From assembly GCA_965222075.1 (NCBI GenBank), contig OZ244937.1, positions 4,448,001-4,512,000 on the forward strand: 64,000 bases of DNA, given 5' to 3'. The notes under the pieces are model-generated. The model saw only the letters and a program-made list of their open reading frames with translations, ran no database searches and was not told where the DNA came from. Below are positions 19,861-28,879 of this stretch, piece after piece (positions within the stretch are counted from its first letter, which is position 1; the number at the start of each line of letters is the position of its first letter). This DNA comes from Candidatus Latescibacterota bacterium. Its GTDB lineage: Bacteria > Latescibacterota > UBA2968 > GCA-2709665. The translations under genes and the position numbers were made by a program.

Positions 19861-19932
19861 GTCGTCTCTTTCTTCAATAATTTGAACCGTTTTTCTGCGT
19901 ATGGGTTCAAGTAAATCAAGGGGTTACAACTG
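19861..19932 (-). repeat. 72-bp duplicated upstream element, copy A (IHF site + TTGAAC-N17-GTTCAA dyad)
   Basis: 65/72 identical to 46041-46112 by manual alignment. Confidence 0.85.
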
Positions 19933-19965
19933 GACGACCTTTTTTCTTTAAACTCAGCCCACCTC

Positions 19966-20643
19966 TTACTCCTCGCTTTTACACGAAGGGCAGAGCACCC
20001 CGATCTCACACCCCTCGCAGTTGGGGGACCGGGCGGTGCAGGTTGCCCGCCCGTGGCGGATCAAAAGGTGGGAAAAAACCGTCCAGTCCTCTCTGGGTAC
20101 AAGCACCATCAGATCCTGCTCAATCTTGACCGGGTCCTGGTGCCCGGTCAGCTCCAGCCGGTTGGAAATCCGCCGCACGTGGGTATCCACCACCACCCCT
20201 TCCGCCGTATCAAACGCATTGCCCAGCACCACATTGGCGGTCTTTCGGCCGACCCCCTCCAGCGCGGTCAGCGCCTCCATAGAAGCCGGAACCTCGCCCC
20301 CGTGCCTTTCCACCAGCGCCCGACAGCACGCCCGGATGGCCTTCGCCTTGTTCCGGAAAAACCCGGTAGAGCGGATGGTCTCCTCCAGCTCCTCTGTGGG
20401 CGCCTCCGCGTAATCCGCTGCGGCCGGGTACCTCTGAAAAAGCCCCGGTGTCACGCTATTCACCCGCTCGTCCGTACACTGTGCCGACAGAATCGTAGCG
20501 ATCAGCAGCTCCAGCGGATTGGAGTAGACCAGCGAACAGTTTGCATCTGGAAACAGCGCTTTTAACCGGGCGATAATTTTTCGAGTCCGGGCCTTCCGTC
20601 CTTTTACATTCTCTTCTACTGGAAACCGGGGGCCGTTCATCAT
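19966..20643 (-). CDS. nth: Endonuclease III
   Basis: LLIATILSAQCTDERVN, HhH L.GVGRKTANVV, VDTHVRR, 4Fe-4S CTARSPNCEGCEIGVLCP. Confidence 0.97.
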   Translation of the reverse strand: MMNGPRFPVEENVKGRKARTRKIIARLKALFPDANCSLVYSNPLELLIATILSAQCTDERVNSVTPGLFQRYPAAADYAEAPTEELEETIRSTGFFRNKAKAIRACCRALVERHGGEVPASMEALTALEGVGRKTANVVLGNAFDTAEGVVVDTHVRRISNRLELTGHQDPVKIEQDLMVLVPREDWTVFSHLLIRHGRATCTARSPNCEGCEIGVLCPSCKSEE

Positions 20644-20654
20644 TGTGCTCTCCC

Positions 20655-21269
20655 CTACCGCCGCTGTCTGTATAGCGCCGGTTCAACACCCCCCACCATC
20701 CCCTTTGAATCGAGCCTGTGTTCAAGAAATCGGTTGATCCGTTCGACCCAGTGCTCCGGATCCTCTAAGATCTTGTTGTAATCGGCGTAAAAAACATCTG
20801 TATTCGGCTGCCTCGCCAACCACGCCTCAACCCCTCTCAGGTGTTTCTGAAATATCCCCGCCATTTTTTCGTCACCCACAGGATCGGCAGACACAGCGCC
20901 CCTCCTGATAAGCATCTGGTGCTGGGAAGTCAGAACCTCCTCCATCTTCCTTTTCATAAAGATAATCTTGTAAGGATATCCCGCGGGCAAATACTTCAAA
21001 AGCTCCGAGACAATTTTGACTACCCTGCCTTTGGCCTCGTCCAGCCAGGACGGGTCGTGCTTCAGTTCCTTGACCTTTTCAAATTCATAATACCCCTTCA
21101 AATTGTCTTCATCCGCCGCCCTGAGCTGATCGGTCAGGACTTCCATGCCCCCGGCCTCAAGCATCTGCATCATCATCGACGTGCCGGAGCGGGGCAGCCC
21201 TGAAACAACCGTAATTTCACGCTCCTTCCCTCCCGATGTCCCCTCACCCTTTCTACGCCCAGGATTCAA
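20655..21269 (-). CDS. Sulfotransferase family protein
   Basis: 5'-PSB-like VVSGLPRSGTSMMMQML, NLKGYYE. Confidence 0.8.
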   Translation of the reverse strand: MNPGRRKGEGTSGGKEREITVVSGLPRSGTSMMMQMLEAGGMEVLTDQLRAADEDNLKGYYEFEKVKELKHDPSWLDEAKGRVVKIVSELLKYLPAGYPYKIIFMKRKMEEVLTSQHQMLIRRGAVSADPVGDEKMAGIFQKHLRGVEAWLARQPNTDVFYADYNKILEDPEHWVERINRFLEHRLDSKGMVGGVEPALYRQRR

Positions 21270-22993
21270 TCCAATCTCCTTAATGGTAAGTCAAAATGCG
21301 CCAGCAGATCAGCCACCGCTGTCGTGTTGAGCACGTCATCCCCCCTGAGTCCCCCCTTCCGTGCGATCCCTACACCATAGCCCATGTGCGCCAGATCCGC
21401 CACGCTGTGCGCATCCGTATTGATCGAAATCTTCACGCCCTGCTCCCGTGCGTGCCCCAGATGTCGCCAGTCCAGATCCAGCCGATGGGGATTGGCGTTT
21501 AGCTCCATCGCCGTCCCGGATTCGGCGGCCGCATCGATCACCGTGTGGACATCCAGGGCATACCCCTCCCGTGACAGAAGCAACCGCCCGGTCGGGTGTC
21601 CCAGAATATCTACGTGCGGATTTTGCACCGCCCGAACGATCCGCTCCGTCGCCTCTGCCTCGGACATTGTAAACCTCGAATGCACCGAAGCCACCACCAG
21701 GTCGAACTCGGCAAGAAAATCGTCCTCAAAATCGAGCTGTCCATCCCCCAAAATATCCACCTCAATTCCCTTCAGCACCCGGATGTTCTTCAGCGCTTTG
21801 TTGACCCGGTCGATCTCCTTCCACTGCGCCCGCACCCGGTCCTCCGTCAACCCGTTGGCATAGGCCGCCGCCTGGCTGTGGTCACAGATGCCGATATAGT
21901 GGTACCCAAGGCTGGCCGCTGCGCGGGCCATCGCCTCTACATCCGCCCGTCCATCGCTGTAGGTGGTATGCACATGCAGCGTCCCCAACAGATCTTCCAT
22001 ACACACCAACTCGGAAAAATCCCCCTGTTCCGCCTGCTCGATCTCTCCCAGCCCTTCTCGGAACTCCGGTGGGATATAGGCCAATCCCAGCGCCTTGAAA
22101 AGCGCCGTCTCATCCTCACAGGGCACCCGCTCCTCCCCCTGGAAAAGCCCGTACTCGTTCAGCTTCATCCCCCTGTCTCTGGCCCGCTGTCGCATCAGCG
22201 TATTGTGCTCCTGGCTCCCGGTAAAATGATGCAGCGTATACGGAAAATTCTCGTCGCCCACAATCCGCAAATCCGCCTGCATCCCCGATTTCAACACCAC
22301 GCTGACCTTGGTCTGGCCCTGTCCCGTCACCTGTTTCACCCGGTCGCAATTCACAAACGCCTCGGCCAGCCCGGCCGGGTCCTCCGAACTGGCCACCACA
22401 TCCACATCTTTGGTCGTCTCCTTACAGCGTCGGATGCTCCCGGCCACCTCCAGCCGGATCACGCCTGGCTGCTCCAGCAGATACGCCCGCATCTTCTCCG
22501 CCTCTGCCAGCGCCGTACTGTAGAGAAACCGCCCCCGGTGCTGTTGCAGAAAGTCGATCCCCTGCAGGATGCGCTCCGCCGTCTTCTTGCCGAACCCGCT
22601 CAGCTTCTCCACCTCTCCCGCCTCACAGGCCTTTGCCAGCGCGTCCACATCTGAAATCCCCAGCTTTTCATAAATCGCCCGCACCCGTTTGGCCCCAAGC
22701 CCCGGGATCTCCAGCATCTCTAAGAGCCCTTCGGGGATGGAATCCATCAGTTTCTGATAAGCCTCCATCTGCCCCGTCTGCACCAGTTCCGTAATATCTC
22801 GCACAAGCCCCTTCCCAATCCCCCGAACCGAATCCAGCTCCCCTCGCTCAACCAGCTCCCTCACAGGCTCCTGAAGCATCTCAACCTGCCTGGCCGCATT
22901 CGTATAAGCCCGGCACCGGAACGCATTCTCCCCCTTCAACTCCATCAGCGTCGCCACCTCTTCCAGCGCCGCAGCGACATCTTTGTTGTCCAT
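21266..22993 (-). CDS. polX: DNA polymerase/3'-5' exonuclease PolX
   Basis: GENAFR, HhH repeats, AGSIRR..KDVD, FTGS, PHP domain HVHT/CDHS/GHPTG/NTDAH. Confidence 0.96.
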   Translation of the reverse strand: MDNKDVAAALEEVATLMELKGENAFRCRAYTNAARQVEMLQEPVRELVERGELDSVRGIGKGLVRDITELVQTGQMEAYQKLMDSIPEGLLEMLEIPGLGAKRVRAIYEKLGISDVDALAKACEAGEVEKLSGFGKKTAERILQGIDFLQQHRGRFLYSTALAEAEKMRAYLLEQPGVIRLEVAGSIRRCKETTKDVDVVASSEDPAGLAEAFVNCDRVKQVTGQGQTKVSVVLKSGMQADLRIVGDENFPYTLHHFTGSQEHNTLMRQRARDRGMKLNEYGLFQGEERVPCEDETALFKALGLAYIPPEFREGLGEIEQAEQGDFSELVCMEDLLGTLHVHTTYSDGRADVEAMARAAASLGYHYIGICDHSQAAAYANGLTEDRVRAQWKEIDRVNKALKNIRVLKGIEVDILGDGQLDFEDDFLAEFDLVVASVHSRFTMSEAEATERIVRAVQNPHVDILGHPTGRLLLSREGYALDVHTVIDAAAESGTAMELNANPHRLDLDWRHLGHAREQGVKISINTDAHSVADLAHMGYGVGIARKGGLRGDDVLNTTAVADLLAHFDLPLRRLD

Positions 22994-23026
22994 TTCGGGT
23001 ACCCCTCACAACACACGACTCGCTAC

Positions 23027-23617
23027 TCACAACTCCAAACGCTCCCCTTCCTCCTCTCCTCTGGTCTCCCCCACCTCATCCAGCAACCGGTTGTTCCTCG
23101 CAATATTGACAGGCGTCTGGATCAGGGCGATCAGGTTGACCACTAAGCTGATAACCGCCAGCGCTTCGTGTGCAATGGCAAACACCGACCGGCCCGCTTC
23201 TGGATTCGGCCGCAGCAGATCGGCGTGGACGCCTCCCCCGATCATCGCGGTCGCCATAATCAACAGAATCCCAAACGTCAGCCAGTAGAAAAACGCCCCT
23301 TTAAACGCCCTTGTCCGGGCCAGAAACACGGCGTCCAGATTCCGCTCCCGCACCTCCGCCTTGATCGCCGCCCCTGTTCCCATAAAATAAAACATCGTCG
23401 TCGTATGGGTCAAAACCGTCAGAATCGCCGTTATCAGCCCCACCCGCACGTGGGTGCCCACCTCCACATCCATCCACCCCAAAGACATTGCATATCCCAT
23501 CCCGAAAGACACCAGCAGCATCGGTAGGGTCACCAGCCCCATCGCCATAATCGCAGCCTGCATCGTCGTTGCCCTTATACCTTCGGAAGCCCCCTGCTGC
23601 GGCTCCTCGCGTCTCAC
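23027..23617 (-). CDS. Hypothetical 4-TM membrane protein
   Basis: Four hydrophobic segments with associated His residues; start uncertain. Confidence 0.7.
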   Translation of the reverse strand: MRREEPQQGASEGIRATTMQAAIMAMGLVTLPMLLVSFGMGYAMSLGWMDVEVGTHVRVGLITAILTVLTHTTTMFYFMGTGAAIKAEVRERNLDAVFLARTRAFKGAFFYWLTFGILLIMATAMIGGGVHADLLRPNPEAGRSVFAIAHEALAVISLVVNLIALIQTPVNIARNNRLLDEVGETRGEEEGERLEL

Positions 23618-23934
23618 CCCGGACCTCCCCGGATTTGGGTTCGAATGCGTACGTCCCCTTGTTCACCAACCGCAGAACTGAATGAGGAAGCCTCAAATTT
23701 CTATGGACATTTGGGAGACAGTCGTTATTTTGTAGGTCCTCTACACGCTACCGGAATATAGAGAGAGATAAAGCATCCGTCAACTGCTATGGAGACCATC
23801 CATGGCTCAAATACCGATAATCGCTGTCGCGGGCCTGGGCTGATATCCGGATCGAGGAATCCAGGGAACCTGGTGCGGTTGATCGAACAGTGCCGAAAAC
23901 GGTCCCAATTTTAAAACCTGAGAAAGGACATTCC

Positions 23935-24999
23935 ATGCGTCAAGCATCCAGGGCCTTTTTAGAAACCCTCGTCAACGCGCCGGGCCCTTCAGGCTACGAG
24001 GGACCTGTCCGTGAAGCCTGGAAAGAGGAAGTCGAAAAGGTCGCGGACGAGGTCACCGTGGACCTGCACGGCAACGCCATCGCCGTGTGCAACAAAAGCG
24101 GTGCCCCGCGCATCATGCTGGCCGGCCATATGGACGAACTGGGTTTTCAGATCATCCACATTGACGACGACGGCTATCTCTATATTGAAACCATCGGCGG
24201 ATTCGACCTGGGCATCGTGCCCGGCCGCAAGATACGCATTCACACGCAGTCCGGACCGGTGTTGGGTGTCATCGGCAAAAAGCCGATCCACTTGATGAAC
24301 GAGGGAGAACGCAAAAAGGTCCCGGAAAAGCACGACCTGTGGATCGACATCGGCGTCAAGGACGGCAAAGAGGCCAGAAAACGCGTGGCCATCGGCGATC
24401 CCGTCACCTACGACGCCAACTTTGAACTGCTGCGCCGCAGCCTGGCTGTCTCCCGCGGGTTCGACAACAAAATGGGCGCCTACATCGTGGCCGAGACCCT
24501 GCGCTGTGTCAGCCAATCTAAAAAAAGGCCGAAGGCGGCGCTCTACGCGGTGGCCACCGTGCAGGAGGAGGTCGGCCTGCGAGGAGCCCGGACCAGCGCC
24601 TACGGGATCGACCCGCTCGTCGGCATTGCCTTGGACGTCACCTGCGCAACGGACCATCCCGGCACCGACAAACGCAAGGAAGGAGACGTCAGAATCGGCG
24701 GCGGCCCCGTCATTACGCGGGGCGCCAACGTCAACCCCGTGGTCTTCAACCGCCTCGGTGCCGCCGCAGAGGAAGCCAGAATCCCCTACCAGGTCTCCGC
24801 CGCGCCCGGGGGCACCGGCACCGACGCCAACGCCATGCAGCTCACCCGCGCCGGTGTGGCCACCGGCCTGGTCAGCGTGCCCCTGCGCTACATGCACACC
24901 CCCGTCGAAATCCTGTCCCTCCAGGACCTGGACCACACCGTCAAACTGCTGACAGAGTTCATCCTGAATGTAGGCGAAAAGACCAGCTTTATCCCCTGA
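23935..24999 (+). CDS. M42 family metallopeptidase
   Basis: PGPSGYE, MLAGHMDELG, FDNKMG, TVQEEVGLRGA, GTDANA, RYMHTPVE. Confidence 0.95.
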   Translation: MRQASRAFLETLVNAPGPSGYEGPVREAWKEEVEKVADEVTVDLHGNAIAVCNKSGAPRIMLAGHMDELGFQIIHIDDDGYLYIETIGGFDLGIVPGRKIRIHTQSGPVLGVIGKKPIHLMNEGERKKVPEKHDLWIDIGVKDGKEARKRVAIGDPVTYDANFELLRRSLAVSRGFDNKMGAYIVAETLRCVSQSKKRPKAALYAVATVQEEVGLRGARTSAYGIDPLVGIALDVTCATDHPGTDKRKEGDVRIGGGPVITRGANVNPVVFNRLGAAAEEARIPYQVSAAPGGTGTDANAMQLTRAGVATGLVSVPLRYMHTPVEILSLQDLDHTVKLLTEFILNVGEKTSFIP

Positions 25000-25014
25000 A
25001 GCGGGAGACTTTGG

Positions 25015-25683
25015 ATGGAGTTCAAGACCGAGACCGACCTGTTCGACTACATGGAAGCCCACTTTTACGCCGCTGCCCTGGCCGACAGCTTAGACGAGAC
25101 CGGCTTCCGCAACCAGGTCATTGACCCCCGGATCGGCATCCGGCCCCTGCGTTCCGACTTCGTCACCGCCGGCCGCGCCGCTACCCTCCTCAACGCCCCC
25201 GACCCTCGCGAGGACGACCCCTACGAACTGGCTATCAGGGCTGTGGATCAGCTCAAACGGGACAGCCTGATCGTGGCCACCTGGTCCGAACAGCGAGAGC
25301 CGGGAATCATGGGCGAACTCACCGCCACCGCCATGCGGGCCAGAAAATCCCGGGGCGCCGTCGTCGACGGCTACACCCGCGACGCCCGCAAGCTGCTAAG
25401 CATGTCATTTCCTACCTTCGCACGCGGCGCCTCGCCCATCGACACCGCCGGCCGCACGCGCATTGTCGACTACGACTGTCCCGTCCGAATCGGCTACGTG
25501 GAGATCACTCCCGGCGACATCCTCTTCGCCGACTTCGACGGCATCGTCGCCATCCCCAAAGAGGCCGAAGCCGAAGTCATTGAAAAAACCATCGAGCGTG
25601 TTACCACCGAAAACCACGTCCGCAAACACCTCGCCGCAGGCGGAACCATGGCGGAGGCCTGGAGGAAATACCGGGTTTTGTAA
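25015..25683 (+). CDS. RraA/HMG aldolase family protein
   Basis: GELTATA, GAVVDGYTRD, PGDILFADFDGIVAIP. Confidence 0.9.
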   Translation: MEFKTETDLFDYMEAHFYAAALADSLDETGFRNQVIDPRIGIRPLRSDFVTAGRAATLLNAPDPREDDPYELAIRAVDQLKRDSLIVATWSEQREPGIMGELTATAMRARKSRGAVVDGYTRDARKLLSMSFPTFARGASPIDTAGRTRIVDYDCPVRIGYVEITPGDILFADFDGIVAIPKEAEAEVIEKTIERVTTENHVRKHLAAGGTMAEAWRKYRVL

Positions 25684-25700
25684 ATCAGGTAGGAGCCAAC

Positions 25701-26100
25701 ATGCGGATCGCCCTCGCCGGCTTTATGCACGAATCCAACACCTTTTCGGAAGTCCCCACAACCCTTCAACAGTTTCAGGACGCCAGCCTCAAATATGGGG
25801 CGGACCTCATCCCGGTCTGGGAAGACGCCCACCACGAAATGGGGGGATTTATCCAGGGGGCGAAAGACAACGGATTCGAAGCCGTACCTATCCTCATGAG
25901 TCGGGCAACCCCTTCCGGCCCGGTCACGGAAGAGACCTATGAAAAGATCGTAGGCGACCTCATCGACGGCCTCAAACAGACCGATCCCCTCGACGGCTTG
26001 CTTCTGGCCAGACACCCCCGGCGTGAGCGCCGCCGGCCCGGAGTCCTTCACCTATCACAACCGCCCCAAACCGCTGTATCCGCTCGATCCGGTTGACTGA
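25701..26100 (+). pseudogene. M81 (MlrC-like) metallopeptidase with large internal deletion
   Basis: N-terminus MRIALAGFMHESNTFS...DGLLLA joined out of frame at about 26010 to the family C-terminus DTPGVSAA..FTYHNRPKPLYPLD* (26011-26100). Confidence 0.85.
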
Positions 26101-26133
26101 ATGCAAAACAACGTGCGCCAAAGGAGATCTCCC

Positions 26134-27033
26134 GTGATCCCACTTATCAGCAGCATCTGTTATGGTCCTCTCGAAATTTGCCAGCTTCCCCGCTTCTGGT
26201 GGAAAGTTCTCCTCCGCAAAGCTGGCCTCCTGGATGAGGAATACCCCTACTTTAGCGGCGGCCTGGACAAATCGGTCCTCGAAGTCCTGGACTTAGACAA
26301 AGAGACCACCCTGGCCTACCTGCGGGACACTACGCCCACCTACCTCGAGTTCGAAGCCTGGGTTCTGGAGCAAAAGGGCGGATCACTGGATCGGGACGCT
26401 GTGGAGGGATGGAACGAAGCCGTTCGCACGCGGATTCACACCCGTCCGGAAAAGATCGCCGAAACCTACGGTGACATCGGCTTTGGAGACGACGTCAACA
26501 TCACCTCCGCTGTCGTCCTCAACAGCATGCAGGACTGGCAGCTCTTTTACAGGCGCGACCTCAACGGCGACTTTTCCGGTCTGGGCGGGCAGGTCGTCCC
26601 CCTCATCGCCAGCATCGACTACGGCCCCCTCGAAGTCTGCCAGTTGCCCAGGACCTGGCTCAAAATTCTTCTCAAAGCCAAGGGCCTCCTCCACCCCGAC
26701 TATCCCGACATGACCGAAAGCGGCCTGGACCCCAGGGTCTTGCGCGCCCTCAAGATCGAGCCCGATGCCGCCGTCGCTCACATCCGAGAAACCCTGCCCA
26801 CCTACCTCCAGTTCGAAGCCTGGGTCCTCGAACAAAACGGCGGAGAAATCGACCGGGGGCCGACAGACGAGTGGAACGCATTCATCCGCACGCGCGTCCA
26901 CGCCGGTGAGAAAATTGTCGACATTCACAACACCCTCGGCCTGAAAAACGACGGTGCCCTCACCTCCGCTGTCATCCTCAACCACATCGAAGACTGGCAC
27001 TACGCCCATCAGGGCCTGATGAGCAATCGGTAG
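26134..27033 (+). CDS. Tandem-duplicated DUF5069-like protein
   Basis: Two ~145-aa repeats PLI.S..YGPLE.CQLPR.W.K....A.GLL...YP...GLD...PTYL.FEAWV...SAV.LN...DW; RBS AAGGAG before GTG 26134. Confidence 0.7.
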   Translation: MIPLISSICYGPLEICQLPRFWWKVLLRKAGLLDEEYPYFSGGLDKSVLEVLDLDKETTLAYLRDTTPTYLEFEAWVLEQKGGSLDRDAVEGWNEAVRTRIHTRPEKIAETYGDIGFGDDVNITSAVVLNSMQDWQLFYRRDLNGDFSGLGGQVVPLIASIDYGPLEVCQLPRTWLKILLKAKGLLHPDYPDMTESGLDPRVLRALKIEPDAAVAHIRETLPTYLQFEAWVLEQNGGEIDRGPTDEWNAFIRTRVHAGEKIVDIHNTLGLKNDGALTSAVILNHIEDWHYAHQGLMSNR

Positions 27034-27045
27034 TCCCACCAAGCG

Positions 27046-27072
27046 GCAGGGGCGAGGTACCCTCGCCCCTGC
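27046..27072. repeat. REP-like palindrome
   Basis: GCAGGGGCGAGG-TAC-CCTCGCCCCTGC perfect stem. Confidence 0.6.
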
Positions 27073-27172
27073 AAAACCGCAGATCCACGCCGCTACTGTC
27101 CCGCCGGAGGTCGTCGAGAACCTTGAGAAAGCGAACAGATCAAAGCCTTCAATTGCAGCGCAGCCCGAATCC

Positions 27173-27961
27173 TTATGCCCAGCCGCCCTTGGCCATGATC
27201 CCGCCGTCCACGCAAATTGACTCGCCGGTCATAAACGACGCCCTGTCGCTGGCCAGAAACAGCACCACCTGCCCGATCTCCTCGGGCTGTCCGATGCGGC
27301 CCATCGGATACGCCTCGGCCATCCCCCTCCGAATCGCCTGCTCGTCTCCACCCATGGCTGCCAGCGCCTCGTCCACCAGCGGCGTGTCGATCGTACCCGG
27401 ATTGACCGCCAGCACCCGGATATTGTCTTCTGCGTATTCTAAGGCCAGCTGGCGGGTCAGGGAGAGAATCCCCCCCTTGCTGGCCGCGTAAGCCGATACC
27501 CCCTTCATCGACTGCAGCCCCTGCACACTCGCCGTATTGACGATCACCCCCCCACCCCGCTTCACCATCTCCGGCACGCAGTATTTGGTCATCAGAAAGC
27601 AACTCTTAAGGTTCACATCCAGGATGCGGTCCCACATCTTCTCCGGGAATTCGTGTGCCGGCAGATAACTGTCCGTGGGCTGGATACCCACGTTGTTGCA
27701 CAGCACGTCCACCCCCCCCCACACCGATACCGCCGCCTCGACCAGCGTCCGGCACGCGCTGTTTTGGGCCACATCGGCGCGGTGAAACCGAATTGTGCCA
27801 GGCAGTTCTTCCGACTCGCAGGCCAGCTGCTCCCCGGCCTCCGCGTCCACATCCGCACACAGAACCCGGGCGTCTTCCCGGGCGAACGCCACGCAGATTC
27901 CCCGGCCGATGCCCTTGGCGCCGCCGGTAACGATTACGACCTTATCCTCAAAATCCGACAT
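27173..27961 (-). CDS. Short-chain dehydrogenase/reductase
   Basis: TGGAKGIG, NNVG, YAASK, PGTIDT. Confidence 0.95.
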   Translation of the reverse strand: MSDFEDKVVIVTGGAKGIGRGICVAFAREDARVLCADVDAEAGEQLACESEELPGTIRFHRADVAQNSACRTLVEAAVSVWGGVDVLCNNVGIQPTDSYLPAHEFPEKMWDRILDVNLKSCFLMTKYCVPEMVKRGGGVIVNTASVQGLQSMKGVSAYAASKGGILSLTRQLALEYAEDNIRVLAVNPGTIDTPLVDEALAAMGGDEQAIRRGMAEAYPMGRIGQPEEIGQVVLFLASDRASFMTGESICVDGGIMAKGGWA

Positions 27962-27998
27962 GGTCTACTCCTGATAGCGTGAGCTTGCATCCCTTTTC

Positions 27999-28784
27999 TT
28001 ATCGGGCATGCGGATGCTCCATAACCGCTCGCTGTTCCTCCGTCATATCCTCAACATAATCAGGAAACGAAACCGTGTGCGTCCCTGCGCTGTAAGCCTG
28101 ATACCCCGGGCTGAACTTATAAAGCAGCGCCCGTCTCTGGTGCTTCCCCTTCCACGGCAGCGTACCGTGTGTCAGCGTCTCGGTAAAAATAACCGCATCC
28201 CCTGCCCTGGCGTGCACCTCCACCACATACTCCTGGTATGCTTCGTATAATCTCATACCGCGCGGGCAGGGAAGGTTCGCCTTATGGCTCCCCGGAACAA
28301 CGGCCACGCCGCCGTCGCCCGGCCCCTCATCCGCCAGCATGTACTCCACTACCGTCAGCCCGCAGTAAATCCTTCCATTCTTGAAAAAATAGGCCTCGGA
28401 AAAGTCGGGCCGCTCCACACCACCCCCGTGCAGCGTGTGGCCTTCGGTTCCCTCTTCCATCGCAATCAACCCCGGCCCGTGGTCCAGCCGATATCCCTTC
28501 CCCAGAATGCCGTTGAGACAAGGCACGATCCGCGGGTGCGCCAGCAACTTCCGAAACGGCTCGCACCAGGGCCTTTCCCACCCCAGCATCCCGCCGATGT
28601 CCATCCGGTGGGAAGTGCCTGCCAGGGCTTTTGAATCGCCCGCCAGCGATCCCTCCCGCTCCTTCAGCCCGTCGATGTGGTGGTCAATCGTCGCATTACA
28701 GCACGCCACCTCCTCGGGCGTCAACGCATCCTTGACGACGAGATAACCCGCCATATCGAACAGATATCTTTCATCCTCGGTCAT
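27999..28784 (-). CDS. Phytanoyl-CoA dioxygenase family protein
   Basis: YLFD..GYLV, LHGG, VPGSHKAN, AGDAVIFTETLTHGT, RRALLYKF. Confidence 0.88.
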   Translation of the reverse strand: MTEDERYLFDMAGYLVVKDALTPEEVACCNATIDHHIDGLKEREGSLAGDSKALAGTSHRMDIGGMLGWERPWCEPFRKLLAHPRIVPCLNGILGKGYRLDHGPGLIAMEEGTEGHTLHGGGVERPDFSEAYFFKNGRIYCGLTVVEYMLADEGPGDGGVAVVPGSHKANLPCPRGMRLYEAYQEYVVEVHARAGDAVIFTETLTHGTLPWKGKHQRRALLYKFSPGYQAYSAGTHTVSFPDYVEDMTEEQRAVMEHPHAR

Positions 28785-28840
28785 GGAAGCCTCCTTTGTG
28801 GTTTTAGACCCCCCCCCCGGCCCCTCCTCGAAACTGGGGG

Positions 28841-28860
28841 ATCTGTGTCCATCTGTGGTT
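28841..28860 (+). repeat. 20-bp decamer-doublet repeat ATCTGTGTyCATCTGTGGTT (also 33628-33647, 39671-39690)
   Basis: Three near-identical intergenic copies. Confidence 0.7.
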
Positions 28861-28879
28861 GCTTTTTGAATTTTTCAGG

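Noticed and set aside
23841-23920. Selenocysteine read-through of the mini-ORF TGA, given selA nearby
   Set aside because: Further in-frame TGAs follow shortly, there is no selenoprotein-like motif and no evident SECIS
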